From contig CM035357.1 of the NCBI GenBank assembly GCA_020137815.1, positions 682,001 to 746,000 of the forward strand: DNA of 64,000 bases, given 5' to 3'. How positions within the stretch are numbered: position 1 is the stretch's first letter; every line of letters begins with the position of its first letter. This document shows positions 1-27,575 of the stretch, one piece after another. The position numbers were made by a program, and so were the translations under genes. The notes beneath the pieces are model-generated. The model was not told where the DNA came from. It was given only the letters and a program-made list of their open reading frames with translations, and did not search any database. Source of the stretch: Hormiphora californensis (taxonomy: Eukaryota > Animalia > Ctenophora).

Positions 1-434
1 TGTACGTGACCGTGAGATGTGATTATACAAAGGCCCGGCCATGGGTGTAATAATAATTATGGGCTAAGGTTTGAGTCAGCTATTGTATCAATTGTCACTG
101 GGATATTCCTAGAGTCAGTTTGCAATGATTGCTTGTATGTGTCATGCAACAGTTATAGACGCCAGACATGTGCATGTGCCGATATAACTGCTCTTTCTTC
201 TAACTCTATCTCATGAGTCATGCCGACATGGCCTCCTAAGTTAAACTGATCTTCGTTTAATATATTCGTTTAATCGCACATTTCGTTAGATAGTTTAGGT
301 GGCATATCAGATCAGTATAATGCCGTTCTATACCTTTTTACTGGCCATTCTGCCGCTATACATCTTACTCACTATAATTCATAAAGATGTGGCCTCTCTT
401 CGGTGCCGTGACGTTCACCATGGCTAAGCACGTA

Positions 435-504
435 CAGGATCGGACCCAGATTTACCGGGGTAAACCCTTTCCCCCGAGCACCCCGATAAATCGGGGTCCG
501 ACTG
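435..504. mobile_element. Short TA-TSD MITE (CAGTCGGACCCCGATTTA TIR family)
   Basis: TA|caggatcggacccagatttacc...taaatcggggtccgactg|TA; same termini as the copies at 1913, 15826 and 37604. Confidence 0.75.
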
Positions 505-609
505 TAATATTACATCTGTGATTTGACATTTAATATTCAGAGTTCTCTCCATCTACTATAACATTTATTTAACCACCTGGCTCACCCTTTGGTATTTTAG
601 AACTTGAAG

Positions 610-3315
610 ATGGCGTTACCTATTAGCAACAACCGTACTGACTGCCTAACTTCCGATCAACTCTGCTTGTTCCGAATAGTTAATGTGAGTCTTGTGGAAA
701 AATTAATCACTACTGTTTTGTTGTAAAAAACTAACAAATTAATTGGTGCTCTTTTGCGTTAATTGTTTCTCTATTTGGTTTCAAACTACTACCCCACCAG
801 CCTCCACCATCTCATCCAAATTAATTGTTTCTCTCTTGTTGTAAAACTAACGATTGTTTTTTCTCAGGGATCCATTCTAGCAGCCATTGGGCTGTTTGGC
901 CTTGTACTATCCAGTATTGTACTGTGCACTCTCACTACACAGGCAGTTAGACTTCCTGGCAACAAGGTAATAATTGACAATCATGTGATTTTAGTTTGGA
1001 TATTTTAATTGGGGGAAACGTGAGCTATTTGAATTTTGAGTTAGCTACATGTATGCTTGTTAGTACAGTTTAGTCCCAGTTTAGTACAGTTAGTATTACT
1101 ATTATCATTTCACTATTTGAGTTGGCTATAACCTATTATCATTTGACTATATTTACCCCAGAGTATTTTCATTCTATTTGAATTTTAAGCTGGATACATG
1201 AGTGTATTACTAGTTGGCTACATGTAACCTATATTATCACTTGACTATTTACCCCAGAGTATTTTCATAATGAACGTGTCAATGTTTGACGTGCTGTTGT
1301 CAATTGTGGGACTCATACGAGGACTTGGAATACTATCAAGTGAAGTGATAGGGGTCTCAGGGAGCAACGGAGACTTTCACGCTAATGCTTGGTGCCATAT
1401 TTTCACTATCGTCGCTGAGCCTTTCTGGTAAGAATCTATCACGTGACACAAAACACCATATATGGGCATCACGTGACATATAACACCCTTTATACTCACT
1501 ATTGTCGCAGAACATTTCTGGTAGGGCACAGTAATATCATATCAATTGGTTCCATTAGTTCAGTAATATCAGTTATTTAATGGCACACTATTGTTCAGAT
1601 CTAACACTACTTAGTAATAGACCCTGTAACACCCTATTGTTCCAGGGAAAGTCTGACACTGATTCTACTGCCTCTCACGGTCGATAGGTTCCTTGCCATT
1701 GTATGTCCCAGGAGATATCGGAATATTGTTAATACTAGGAATAGTATAATAATGGTGATAGCCTCCTGGGTACCTCTGATAGGACTCAATGTGTACGATG
1801 CTGGCCGATACTTCCTCGGAGATCTAAAGGTGAGTTATCACGTGATACAAAACACCATATATGGGCATCATTCTACATTCTACATTACTAATTGTACATT
1901 TTGACCATAATACAGTCGGACCCCGATTTACCGGAACCCCGATTTACCGGGAGGATTTCTTTCCCCCGATTTTTTTTGGAAAATTTTCGAAGTTTGGCCG
2001 GTTGGTAAACTTGCATTTGCAATTCGCTAGGTCTAATGGGGATCACGTATCGGTTCGTTTCGAACCGTCTAATTAGCGGCAGGACACGTGATAAGATGCA
2101 CCGATTCGAAACACGATTCGAACGTGGCTGGTATACCTTGAAAAAATTAAATAACTTTTTTTGCAAAATTTTACAGAATCATTGTCAATGCTTTGATCGA
2201 TGCTCCCCGTAAATTTTCAGAGAAAAAGTTATTTTGAAATTTTGATACTTCCTCCCCCCGCTTAGGGTGCCCAGATTCGGCATGGTATCACGTATCGGTT
2301 CGTTTCGAACCGTCTAATTAGCGGCAGGGCACGTGATAAGATGGCAAGATGCACCGATTCGAACGTGGCTGGCATGTATACCTTAGAAAAATTTCATAAC
2401 TTTTTTTTGCAAAATTTTACAGAATCATTGTCATTGCTTTGATCGATGCTCCCCGTAAATTTTCAGAGAAAAAGTTATTTTGAAACTTTGATACTTCCTG
2501 ACCCCGCTTAAGGTGCCCAGATTCGGCATGGTATCACATATCGGTTCGTTTCGAACCGTCTAATTAGCGGGATGACATGCGATAAGATGCACCGATTCGA
2601 AACACGATTCGGACTCGGTCGGGGTGGTTTACCTCAGAAAAAGTTTTTACATTTTTTTTGAATTTTTTAAATTTTCTATTTCTAATGACAGAAGCAATGA
2701 TCATATTGTCATCAATAAATGTATACTATACAGTTAGAGGTGTTTTGGTATAGAATTTTGGACAAAAGTAGGATTTATGGGTCAAATATGCTCTACCCCG
2801 ATATACCGGGCACCCCGATTTACCGGGCAAAATGGCTTCCCCCGAGGATCCCGGTAAATCGGGGTCCGACTGTACCACCATTTCAGTTGACCTACCAGCA
2901 CTCCTACCACCGATGTGTCTACAACTCCGACTTCAAAGGCCGACAACTGATATTCCTAGTTGTACCCCTTCTTCTCATCTTCATCATGTATGCTGTTATG
3001 ATAACCCAAATAATAAGAAGCAAGATCAGAGCCAGCAAGATGATAATGACTTCCACAGCCATCATTGTAACCGGCGTGGTATCATCAATTCCGTTTACAT
3101 TACTGGCGTGTTTTGAGATAACTCTGAGTTACGAGGTTGCCCAGGTACTGACAGTGACACTTTATTATATCAATGGTATCTGTAACCCTTGTATCTACCT
3201 GTGTTCCAATCCAATGGCAAAGAAACAGTTGCGGAACATGAGTATGGTCAGTCATTTTACTGTTCGGAATAACACTTTCTCTGGAGTTCACGCAGCACAG
3301 GGACCTGGTTCATGA
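610..3315 (+). CDS. Class A (rhodopsin-like) GPCR, 5 exons: 610-684, 868-966, 1258-1427, 1646-1829, 2887-3315 (~318 aa)
   Basis: GT-AG introns with matching phases. Seven hydrophobic segments, N-terminal NRT sequon, TM2 'IFIMNVSMFD', TM3 'TVDRFLAIVCP', TM4 'SW', TM7 'NPCIY'. Confidence 0.9.
1913..2872. mobile_element. Non-autonomous DNA transposon (Tc1/mariner-like, TA TSD) in GPCR intron 4
   Basis: TIR cagtcggaccccgatttaccgg...ccggtaaatcggggtccgactg flanked by TA on both sides; about 2.5 internal tandem copies of a ~245-bp unit (2040-2660). Confidence 0.85.
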
Positions 3316-3619
3316 GATCAATGTAATACAGGACTGGGAGCCGGTTCATGAGATCAATGCAATGTGCAGACGTTCACATACATACATGTGTAAAATACTC
3401 TCTTTACTGTCTCTCTGTCTCCCTCTATGATTTTCTCAGTGTACTATTTCTCTGAATCTTTTTGTTTATATGTTGAATCAATAACCCACCACCCCCTCCC
3501 CCCAGAAACCCATTAAATAAGCAGATAGAGATTCAATTTGTGCAGCAGGTTAATAATTTACACTTGTTAAATATAATATTATGTACACACACACGATCTG
3601 TAAATCAAACTAAACTGTA

Positions 3620-3729
3620 TAGTAGGAGACACTAGCGTGGTACGCGCAAAAAAATGTGCACCACACACCTGTTATTTTAGGTATGTGGCGCGCATTTTTT
3701 TGCGCGTACCACGCTAGTGTCTCCTACTA
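3620..3729. mobile_element. Palindromic MITE/hairpin between the convergent GPCR and PIERCE 3' ends
   Basis: tagtaggagacactagcgtggtacgcgcaaaaaaatg...catttttttgcgcgtaccacgctagtgtctcctacta, arms of ~50 bp. Confidence 0.7.
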
Positions 3730-3776
3730 GTATTTTCTGAAAATAAAGTGTTATGAATTATTCCCACTTATTATTT

Positions 3777-4411
3777 CTACACCACCGATTTGTCGAGGGA
3801 GGTATTGAGCCCGCTGTATGAGTAATTTCCTGCGGCGGCCAGCTTACTGGTGAATTTAGACTGTCGCCCATGGAACTGGTTGGGCATGGTGTGCACTGAT
3901 GGCTTCTTTCCCCCGTAACCACTGTAGTAGGGGGTTTAGGGTGGGTTAGATTCAGCGGGCCCATAGGGGTTACAAATGTAGGGGGTTTAGTATATATTAT
4001 AGGGTTCAAGTGGGTTGGATTCAGGTCAACGGGGCCAAATGAGTATTGTCATTTAATGATGTTAATGTATATACCTGCTAGATGTTTGGTAGATTGGGTG
4101 TGGCTTCTTCTCTGAGTATCCCTTCTGTATCTCAGGATTATCAAACCTGACAATACAGATACATAAGAACAGTGTTAACTTTGTCTTCTTTGGACTGTCT
4201 TGTGGAATCTCAGACAAGAGCAGAGAACTGAGATCTCAAGGAGAACTGATAGCTGTTCAGTAACTGAATTTAAACAGGATTAACAAAATATTAAAACAAG
4301 ATTAACACAGTATCTAAACATCACAAAGTGCGTGTGATTTTCTTACCGTTCAGGGAGGTTGCTTGTCCTGTATATGTTGGATGTTTTCATCACATTGACA
4401 CCGTCAGACAT
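3777..4411 (-). CDS. PIERCE1: PIERCE1/PIERCE2-family ciliary microtubule inner protein, exons 4411-4347, 4146-4075, 3921-3777 (93 aa)
   Basis: Splices to MSDGVNVMKTSNIYRTSNLPERFDNPEIQKGYSEKKPHPIYQTSSSGYGGKKPSVHTMPNQFHGRQSKFTSKLAAAGNYSYSGLNTSLDKSVV. This follows the C9orf116 pattern LP.RF.NP..GY...Y.TS...YG...P.VH.MP..F.....F...LAA.G. Not in the ORF track as one ORF. Confidence 0.88.
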
Positions 4412-4641
4412 ATTGCAGTTCTGTTCAAATAACACAGGAATTATAATTGAAAAACTACAAAAAAAACTGAAGATAATTTTACCGGAAATATTTTCAAAAA
4501 AAATTAAATTGTCACAAAATAAAGCTCCTACAAGAATGTAGAAATTACATAGAATTAAAATGAGCTGTCTTAGACAATGTTTAAAAAGTTCAAGGTCCGA
4601 GGCAATAATGTCATTTTTCAACAACGAAAAAATATAAAAGT

Positions 4642-5376
4642 TCAATTGTCGTAATTTTGAAAGTCAGGATTAACAAAAAGGCACAATTCGTTCAGTCTCT
4701 CTTCAACTGTTGTACCGGTCCACTCTAGGGGCTTCTTGGGTATTACATCCCGGTAAACCACCTCAATAATATCATCATCAGGAGTTTCAACCTTAAGTGG
4801 TATCTCTTCAAACTCTTCATCTGCTAAAATGACACCGAGAACATTGTCCCTTATTTCTTCAAAACGCTCCTTCGGCCGCTTGTGGACCCGTGTTACTGCA
4901 GCAAAACAAATCGTGTCCACCCACTCCAGAAATTGTGTCCAAAGCAACGGCTTCCTGAAGATGTAAATTATCGTTTAGTTAAGAAAGTGAACATGTTAAT
5001 CTTTCTTTTACTCTCTCACAGAAAAGATGAAACACTAAATGTTCACTCACTCAAATTTCACAGTAAGAAGTCTGTCTCCAAAGACACAAACGAGGCGCTT
5101 ATCTTTCTCCCGGGGATGTCTCCAGTACGTTGTCAAGGATTTCTCCCCAGACTCACTGACATCTTCTGTGGGCTTCTTGTAACAATAAAACCCGATCAAG
5201 AAGAAGGATTCTTGTATAACTTTCTGGATGTGTGTATCCTGTTCAGGTGACAACTCCATTATTATTTCATTGTTTTCAGCATCAGGGATATTCCGACAAT
5301 TCAATGCCACGTCGAAAATTCGCAATCGGGCGAGATGCTGGTGAATATCTCTAACTTCAATCTCACGACCTTCCAT
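4642..5376 (-). CDS. Uncharacterised 212-aa protein, exons 5376-5051 and 4954-4642
   Basis: ORFs 5047..5427 and 4642..4947 join in frame through a GTGAGT...CTTCAG intron (5050-4955) to read ...TVKFE|KPLLWTQF... An upstream acceptor AG lies at 5429-5428, so a further 5' exon is possible. Confidence 0.7.
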
Positions 5377-5774
5377 CTTCTTAGCCCCAGGAACAGTTTT
5401 TCTGTTCGTTAGTCTGCAGTAGATCACCTACGATTTATCTTGATTTTCGGCCATGCAGAGTGCACTGTGTTAACATGAAATTTATTTGACATCTCTGTAA
5501 GGGCTCCTAAGCTCTGTGGCTTACTAGAAATTTATCAAAGGCCCTCCGATCTCCGAAAATTTGCATCAAAGAAAAGAAAATGGAGGGCGGGGGTTGAAAT
5601 TTTAAACAAAAAGAAATGAAATAACGCTGAAAAAATGTGTCAAAAAAATGCCGCGCTGTGCTCTCGTATTATGTTGCGAAACATCGAAATAAACGTAACA
5701 CGCGTATTTTATGCGTTGACGCTGCGGCGCGCAGTGGTTTGAATTTGCATAATTTAATTGTCTGGCAGTGATGC

Positions 5775-7925
5775 GTGTGTTTAGATTCAACAGGTCTTAA
5801 GCGCATGCTTTGTTCACGGAAATTCAAACGTTCCACCACCGAGCTGAGAGAAGCCTTGGCACTAGTTTCCCGCTCTATCGCCTGTAAGAAATATCATCCA
5901 AGATTCCTAGCGATATTATGTGCATCACGTCTCATCCCTTTGAAGAAACCTGACAACGGCACCCGTCCAATTGGCATCGGTGAGACTTTACGTCGTGTCA
6001 TTTGCAAAGCAGTCATGAAATGTCAACGCAAGGAGATTAGACTAGCAGCGGGCAAGTTCCAGATGGCGGCTGGTGTCAGAGGGGGTTGCGAGGCAGCAGT
6101 GCATGCTCTCCGTCAAAAGTTTGATAGTGATCAATGTGATGCAGTACTATTGTTAGACGCACAAAATGCGTTCAACACTCTAAACAGAAAACTTACTCTC
6201 CACCATGTGGCTGTGCACTGCCCAATTCTAGACACCTTTCTCAGAAATATCTACGGATGCTCCAGAGACTTATGGGTCGGTGAATCAGTGCTGACGAGTG
6301 AAGAAGGAGCCACCCAGGGATGCCCCAGTGCCATGGGTATGTACAGTATCGGCATCTCGCCATTGATTGAAAAAGTAAAAGAAGACGACGTGTTCCAGAT
6401 ATTCTTTGCAGACGACGGCAATGGTTGTGGTAAATTGGATGGCCTTTACGAATGGTACAGATCTGTGGTTACCAAAGGTCCAGCCCACGGATACATTATA
6501 AATCCCAATAAATGTGTGCTGATTGTAAAACTTGAACATCTGAGTGAAGCAGAGGATATGTTTAGTGATACAGGAGTAACAATTACTACAACAGGCAATC
6601 GCCATCTTGGGGCTGTCATAGGTTCGGAAACCTACAAGAAGGAATATGTATCTGGTGAAGTGACTAAGTGGACCGAAGCTCTTCAAAACCTAGTGACAAT
6701 AGCCAAGACTGACCCACACGTTGCTTATGCAAACTACACAAGGAGCTTTAAATTCAAATGGAGTTATATGCAACGCACAGTTCCTGGAATCGGTTTACTC
6801 TTTGAACCCCTGGAAAACATCATCCGCCACGAATTCATTCCATCCCTGCTCGGCTCACATGTAACGGATCTGCAACGGGAACTTATTGCTCTACCTGTCA
6901 AGATGGGAGGTCTAGGAATTGAAAACCCAATGCTCACGGCTGACACTGCATACGAGCATTCCCTCCACTGCACAGGCCCACTAGTGGAGCACCTTCTCTC
7001 AGACGAAGAACTGGATGGTCCTACCATAGACAAAATCGAGAAGATCACCAGAGAAAGAACCAAGGAATGCGAAGAAAGAACAATTGAAAGACATCTTGTC
7101 CAGATGAAATCCATGAAAGAAAAGATGACTGACACGGAGAACCGGTTACATTCACTAAACCAAGAGCCCGGGGCATCATCTTGGCTGACAGCAAGACCCA
7201 TCGAAGCACATGGACATCACCTGACCAAACAAGAGTTTGTCGATGCGATGCACCTTCGATTTGGACTACCGTTTCTTGATCTCCCCGCCAAATGCCCATG
7301 TGGGTCCAGCAACAGTGCCGATCACGCATTGTCCTGTCACAAAGGTGGTTACACAATTTACAGACACGACCGCCTAAGAGACAACTTTGCTGATATCTTA
7401 TCCTACGCTGGTGTCAGGTCTATAGAAACTGAAAAACTCTTACAACCATGTGAGGATTACGACCAAGAAATGCAGCAGTATCCTTGGGCAAATACAGATA
7501 GAGACGCCCGTATGGACATCGTTTGCATGGGATTGTGGGCTCCGGACCAGATGTCCTACATGGATGTCAGAGTCTGTCACCCGATGGCAGCTTCATATCT
7601 CAACATCAAGCCATCATCTCTGTACAAAAATCACGAAAAGTCCAAGAAGACGTGCTACATGAGACGAGTGCAGATTGTAGAGGGCGGGACCTTCTCTCCA
7701 CTGGTGTTTACAACAACAGGTGGTGTTGGCCCAGAAATGGACAGGGCGATGAAGAAGACAGCCAGACACATCGAGGACAAGCATGGAGAGATGTACAGCG
7801 AGGCGTTGGCAGCTATCAGAAGGAGGCTGAGATTCTGCTTACTAATCGCAACATTGAGATCTCTGAGGGGGTGTCGAATTAAATACACCCCAGTAGGACT
7901 CGGTAGCATTGACTTCAATATCTGA
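5775..7925 (+). CDS. Reverse transcriptase + CCHC zinc knuckle + restriction-like endonuclease (CRE-type), N-terminally truncated
   Basis: RPIGIGETLRR, LLDAQNAFN, GATQGCP, FFADD, GGLGI; CPCG...HALSC; RHD...RMDI...DV...HEKSK. No stops in 716 codons. The GTG 'start' lies in the TSD and is not a real start. Confidence 0.92.
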   Translation: MCLDSTGLKRMLCSRKFKRSTTELREALALVSRSIACKKYHPRFLAILCASRLIPLKKPDNGTRPIGIGETLRRVICKAVMKCQRKEIRLAAGKFQMAAGVRGGCEAAVHALRQKFDSDQCDAVLLLDAQNAFNTLNRKLTLHHVAVHCPILDTFLRNIYGCSRDLWVGESVLTSEEGATQGCPSAMGMYSIGISPLIEKVKEDDVFQIFFADDGNGCGKLDGLYEWYRSVVTKGPAHGYIINPNKCVLIVKLEHLSEAEDMFSDTGVTITTTGNRHLGAVIGSETYKKEYVSGEVTKWTEALQNLVTIAKTDPHVAYANYTRSFKFKWSYMQRTVPGIGLLFEPLENIIRHEFIPSLLGSHVTDLQRELIALPVKMGGLGIENPMLTADTAYEHSLHCTGPLVEHLLSDEELDGPTIDKIEKITRERTKECEERTIERHLVQMKSMKEKMTDTENRLHSLNQEPGASSWLTARPIEAHGHHLTKQEFVDAMHLRFGLPFLDLPAKCPCGSSNSADHALSCHKGGYTIYRHDRLRDNFADILSYAGVRSIETEKLLQPCEDYDQEMQQYPWANTDRDARMDIVCMGLWAPDQMSYMDVRVCHPMAASYLNIKPSSLYKNHEKSKKTCYMRRVQIVEGGTFSPLVFTTTGGVGPEMDRAMKKTARHIEDKHGEMYSEALAAIRRRLRFCLLIATLRSLRGCRIKYTPVGLGSIDFNI

Positions 7926-8174
7926 ATCATGTGTGAGATTTTATTTGTAAGATTTATTGTTTATTTGAGTGAGTGATTTTAAGATTTATTTATTTATTTA
8001 TTTATTTATTACTAACCCCAACACCGGGGGCAAATGATCGAACCCAATGTGAATGAGACTCATCGCGATTAACTCTTCATACGGTTACCCCCTTTCTCTC
8101 TTCGGCAGCTTCTCTTCGGCTGTTGGAAAGTGATGCCAATCGGTGTTGGGGTTAGTGAATTTTCAAAAAAAAAA
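5781..8174 (+). mobile_element. 5'-truncated CRE-clade (RLE) non-LTR retrotransposon inserted in the TRIM LTR
   Basis: TSD GTGTGT (5775-5780 / 8175-8180), A10 tail at 8165-8174, single RT-CCHC-REL ORF. Confidence 0.9.
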
Positions 8175-10358
8175 GTGTGTCTGGAACTGATCAAAGTGAT
8201 ACACAGGAGTTTGAGAAAGTAGAAGAAAGAACAACGATATCACAAAATCGATCGTTATATATATCACACAGATTGCTTGCGGAGTATTCTCAGTAATACT
8301 CACGCGCAAGCCACAACACCCTTCTCACTCCTTCTGAGGCTCCAAACATCCCTCAAAATACAGACTAACATGACGTCTCTCGCACATCGTCTCCTGAGAA
8401 CACAACACAGTTCCTCTCACCTGGCACTACACGATCACAACGTAGTCCATTACCATCACACCTCTCCGCCGATCTTCTCCTGCACACAGGCTGAACACAC
8501 CTAGTGGGCTCACAACAAAACCTGCTGCATACTGAACAAACTGTCCGAGAAAGATCACAAATACACATTGATCCTCGTCGCCATTCTGATGCGTGTGTCT
8601 GGAACTGATCAAAGTGATACACAGGAGTTTGAGAAAGTAGAAGAAAGAACAACGATATCACAAAATCGATCGTTATATATATCACACAGATTGCTTGCGG
8701 AGTATTCTCAGTAATACTCACGCGCAAGCCACAACAGGCAGCAGCGTTCGCGTTCGCCAAAAAAATTAAGAAATTTAATATTCAAGTTCCAGGTTTCTGC
8801 TCCTGTAGTATCTCCTCACCCCTAGGGGCTAAGGACACTGGACATCAGCAGACATTTTGCACAGAGAAAGAATTTGCAAAATTGATCGTAGGTTTCTCTG
8901 ATCGATGCGCTTCTACATCCTTCAGTTTTGTGGACTCCCTGCTCAGCCCTCAGGCTTACTTTTGTCTGTCAGTGTAACACTGTGTCCACCAGTGTCGAAA
9001 AAATCTCAATGATGAAAGTCGCGATAGTTCTTTAGGGTATCACAACCTACAATCAAGCTTACAAGTTTACAATTAAAGTTGTATTTGTAAAGAAACAGGC
9101 CTTCCCTAAATGGGTCCACCTAAATAAATATCAAGTTGAAAAACTATCCCTTCACACTCACACTCATCAGCACAGCACTGGAGGACGATCGTGAAATCTT
9201 GTCAAGTTCTTGCCCAATGATGTTTTGAACTGATTCAAGCTCACACAAGAATTTACACTCAAAGAAGAAGAGTGTAGGTCTGAGTCCTGAGACTCAGACT
9301 CTGAATCCTGAGAGCATGGCTGACTGCTGAGAGGCATGGGGGTCTAAAGACTAAAATGTTGTAGAAACTAATGCTAGTAATCCATCATTTTTCAAGTAGG
9401 TACGAATTGGAATACCCTACCAAACAACGTGAAGCAATTTGAATCTATTAAATGGATGGAGAGATTCCCAGACCGACCCCCGATTACTGGATAATGGATA
9501 TACACGACAGAAATTAACTCGATTCTTGATGAATGAACTTAAGACTTTTTGTTCACAACCCGCGACCGAATCACAATCAAACAAACGGTTTAGAATTAAA
9601 AATTCGGTACAACAAGCGAATTCTTTGTTACTGGTCTATATCAAACCATATAATAGTATCGAACCATATATTACCTAATGTTCATTTCGGACAAAATTAC
9701 AAGGCTATAGAACAAATTTGATTTGATTATTAGATGTCTGACATCTCTTTAATCTTTTGATTTTGAGAAAAGATACGTTCCTGGTCGCTAGTGCTATAGT
9801 GTTATCAGACACTAGTCAGCTCAAAACATTCCAAAGCTTCTCACAGCTTCCCAGCTTTATTTCATGTTTTCCTCCTTTCAACAACCTCTCACTGTTAAAA
9901 GCAGAGAGAGAGTTCAGACTCTGAACTACTATCTGGAATAGCAGTACACAGCTGGAATGTTGAGAACATCCCGCCCTGGACCTCCCTATTATAGTAGTGG
10001 ACCTCCCTACTATACACCTCCCTGTTGAGAGTTAAGACCTCCATGTACACACTTGATATTCTGTTGAAAGATATTGACAGTGTTAAATACACGTCCACAC
10101 ACACACAAATACCTTTTAGATACTACAGACACTTTTACCAACTTACTTATAAATAGCGGGGTGCTTTCTCTCATTTGCAAGTTATTATAAAACCCGTCAG
10201 TTTCAAACTCGTGTTTATTCTCTAAGTTATTATTTAATTTCCCATTAAGGCTACCTGGAGTACACTTACACTACTTATCCGTGCGCCTGTGTATGTTTGT
10301 TTGTCTGTGTGTCTTTTCTCTCGCAGGCCGGAAATTGGACCCAGGCAGGTGCGTGTGA

Positions 10359-10363
<5 letters not shown>

Positions 10364-10419
<56 letters not shown>

Positions 10420-10529
10420 TTGTGAGATAGTTGAAATTTACACAGCTGAGAAGAAACACACATATCCGGTAATGATCGGTAGTAATATTTTGCATAAGAA
10501 CCTACCGTGACCGTGGTATTATTAATTCC

Positions 10530-10586
<57 letters not shown>

Positions 10587-10785
10587 CCTCTCTTCTCTCT
10601 CCTCTCTCATCTCCTCTCTCTCTCTCTCTCTCTCTCTACTCTTCTCCGTCTCTTCTCTCTCTCCTCTCTCTCCTCCTTTTCTCTTTCTCTCACTCTCTCC
10701 CTTCTCTACCCTTTTCTCTCTCTCTCTCTCCTCTCCTCTCTCTCTCTCTCTCTCTCTCACTCTCTCTCTATCTCTCTCTCCCCTC
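10364..10785. repeat. (GA)n and (CT)n microsatellites
   Basis: Read directly. Similar tracts at 13427-13690, 14190-14361, 19020-19105, 20640-21150, 21940-22080, 22870-23002 and 61540-61822. Confidence 0.95.
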
Positions 10786-11471
10786 CTTCCCAGTTAACTC
10801 TCTACATCATCACGCTGCTCGTTCAAAGAAAAATGAGCGAGATAATGGGAACATTAGATGATCTTGGATTTTAAGTAGTGAGTGTTTGTATGGAGGAAAG
10901 ATCCATAACAACAGAAAGAAGATAGATCCCGAAATGAAATCATAGTGAAACACTATACACACCACCTTTTGCAAGGGGCCCCATGCCCCTGGTATCCGTG
11001 TTCAGAGCCCTCGTGAGACTATAAGAACTTCCGATGACGCCTGCTCATCCACACACCACCTTTCATTTTTCAAGAGGGGGGCCGGGGGGGGGGGGGGTTT
11101 TGAATTGATCTCCCTTGGTTGGCTAACACTATCTTAACCCTTTAGCTATTTTTCATGCTTTCGACACACGCGTGATTAGGGTGACGTGTTTAAATATACC
11201 ATCTTGTCATTTAAATACCATATCATGTCTGTTGTTTTTTCTTTCTAGAATTACTGATTTTCTACTAATTGCCTTCTTGTACGACTTATTGGGTACCACT
11301 AATTGGGTACCATCTTGTTTTATGGAACCCGCTCGAGGGACAAGCACCATTAATTATCACACCGCTTATAATTACACAGCTCTAACGGTGAATTGTAACT
11401 TTGTTAGATCATGTCATTTAAATACCATATCATATCCCACAACTAACGGTGAATTGTAATTTTATTAGATC

Positions 11472-27575
<16,104 letters not shown>

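Larger units (their letters stand above)
5769..8736 (-). mobile_element. TRIM (miniature non-autonomous LTR retrotransposon, 568 bp without the insert)
   Basis: 150-bp LTRs (8587-8736; 5769-5774 + 8175-8318), TG...CA ends, 5-bp TSD GGCAG (5764-5768 / 8737-8741). PBS TGGCGACGAGGAT (8583-8571) matches the 3' end of eukaryotic tRNA-Ser(GCU). PPT AAGGAGTGAGAAGGG (8333-8319) abuts the 3' LTR. Confidence 0.9.

Noticed and set aside
5775-5780. GTG start of the 716-aa ORF as a domesticated RT gene
   Set aside because: The start lies in the target-site duplication; the element is 5'-truncated within the RT N-terminal region.
8011-8156. Telomerase RNA, snoRNA or hammerhead ribozyme
   Set aside because: CTAACCCC is part of the closing stem; no canonical C/D boxes or CUGANGA core; the domain lies inside the retroelement 3' UTR.
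5700-8400. CRE element inserted in a spliced-leader RNA gene
   Set aside because: The flanks resolve fully as a TRIM LTR; no SL exon with donor and Sm site is recognisable.
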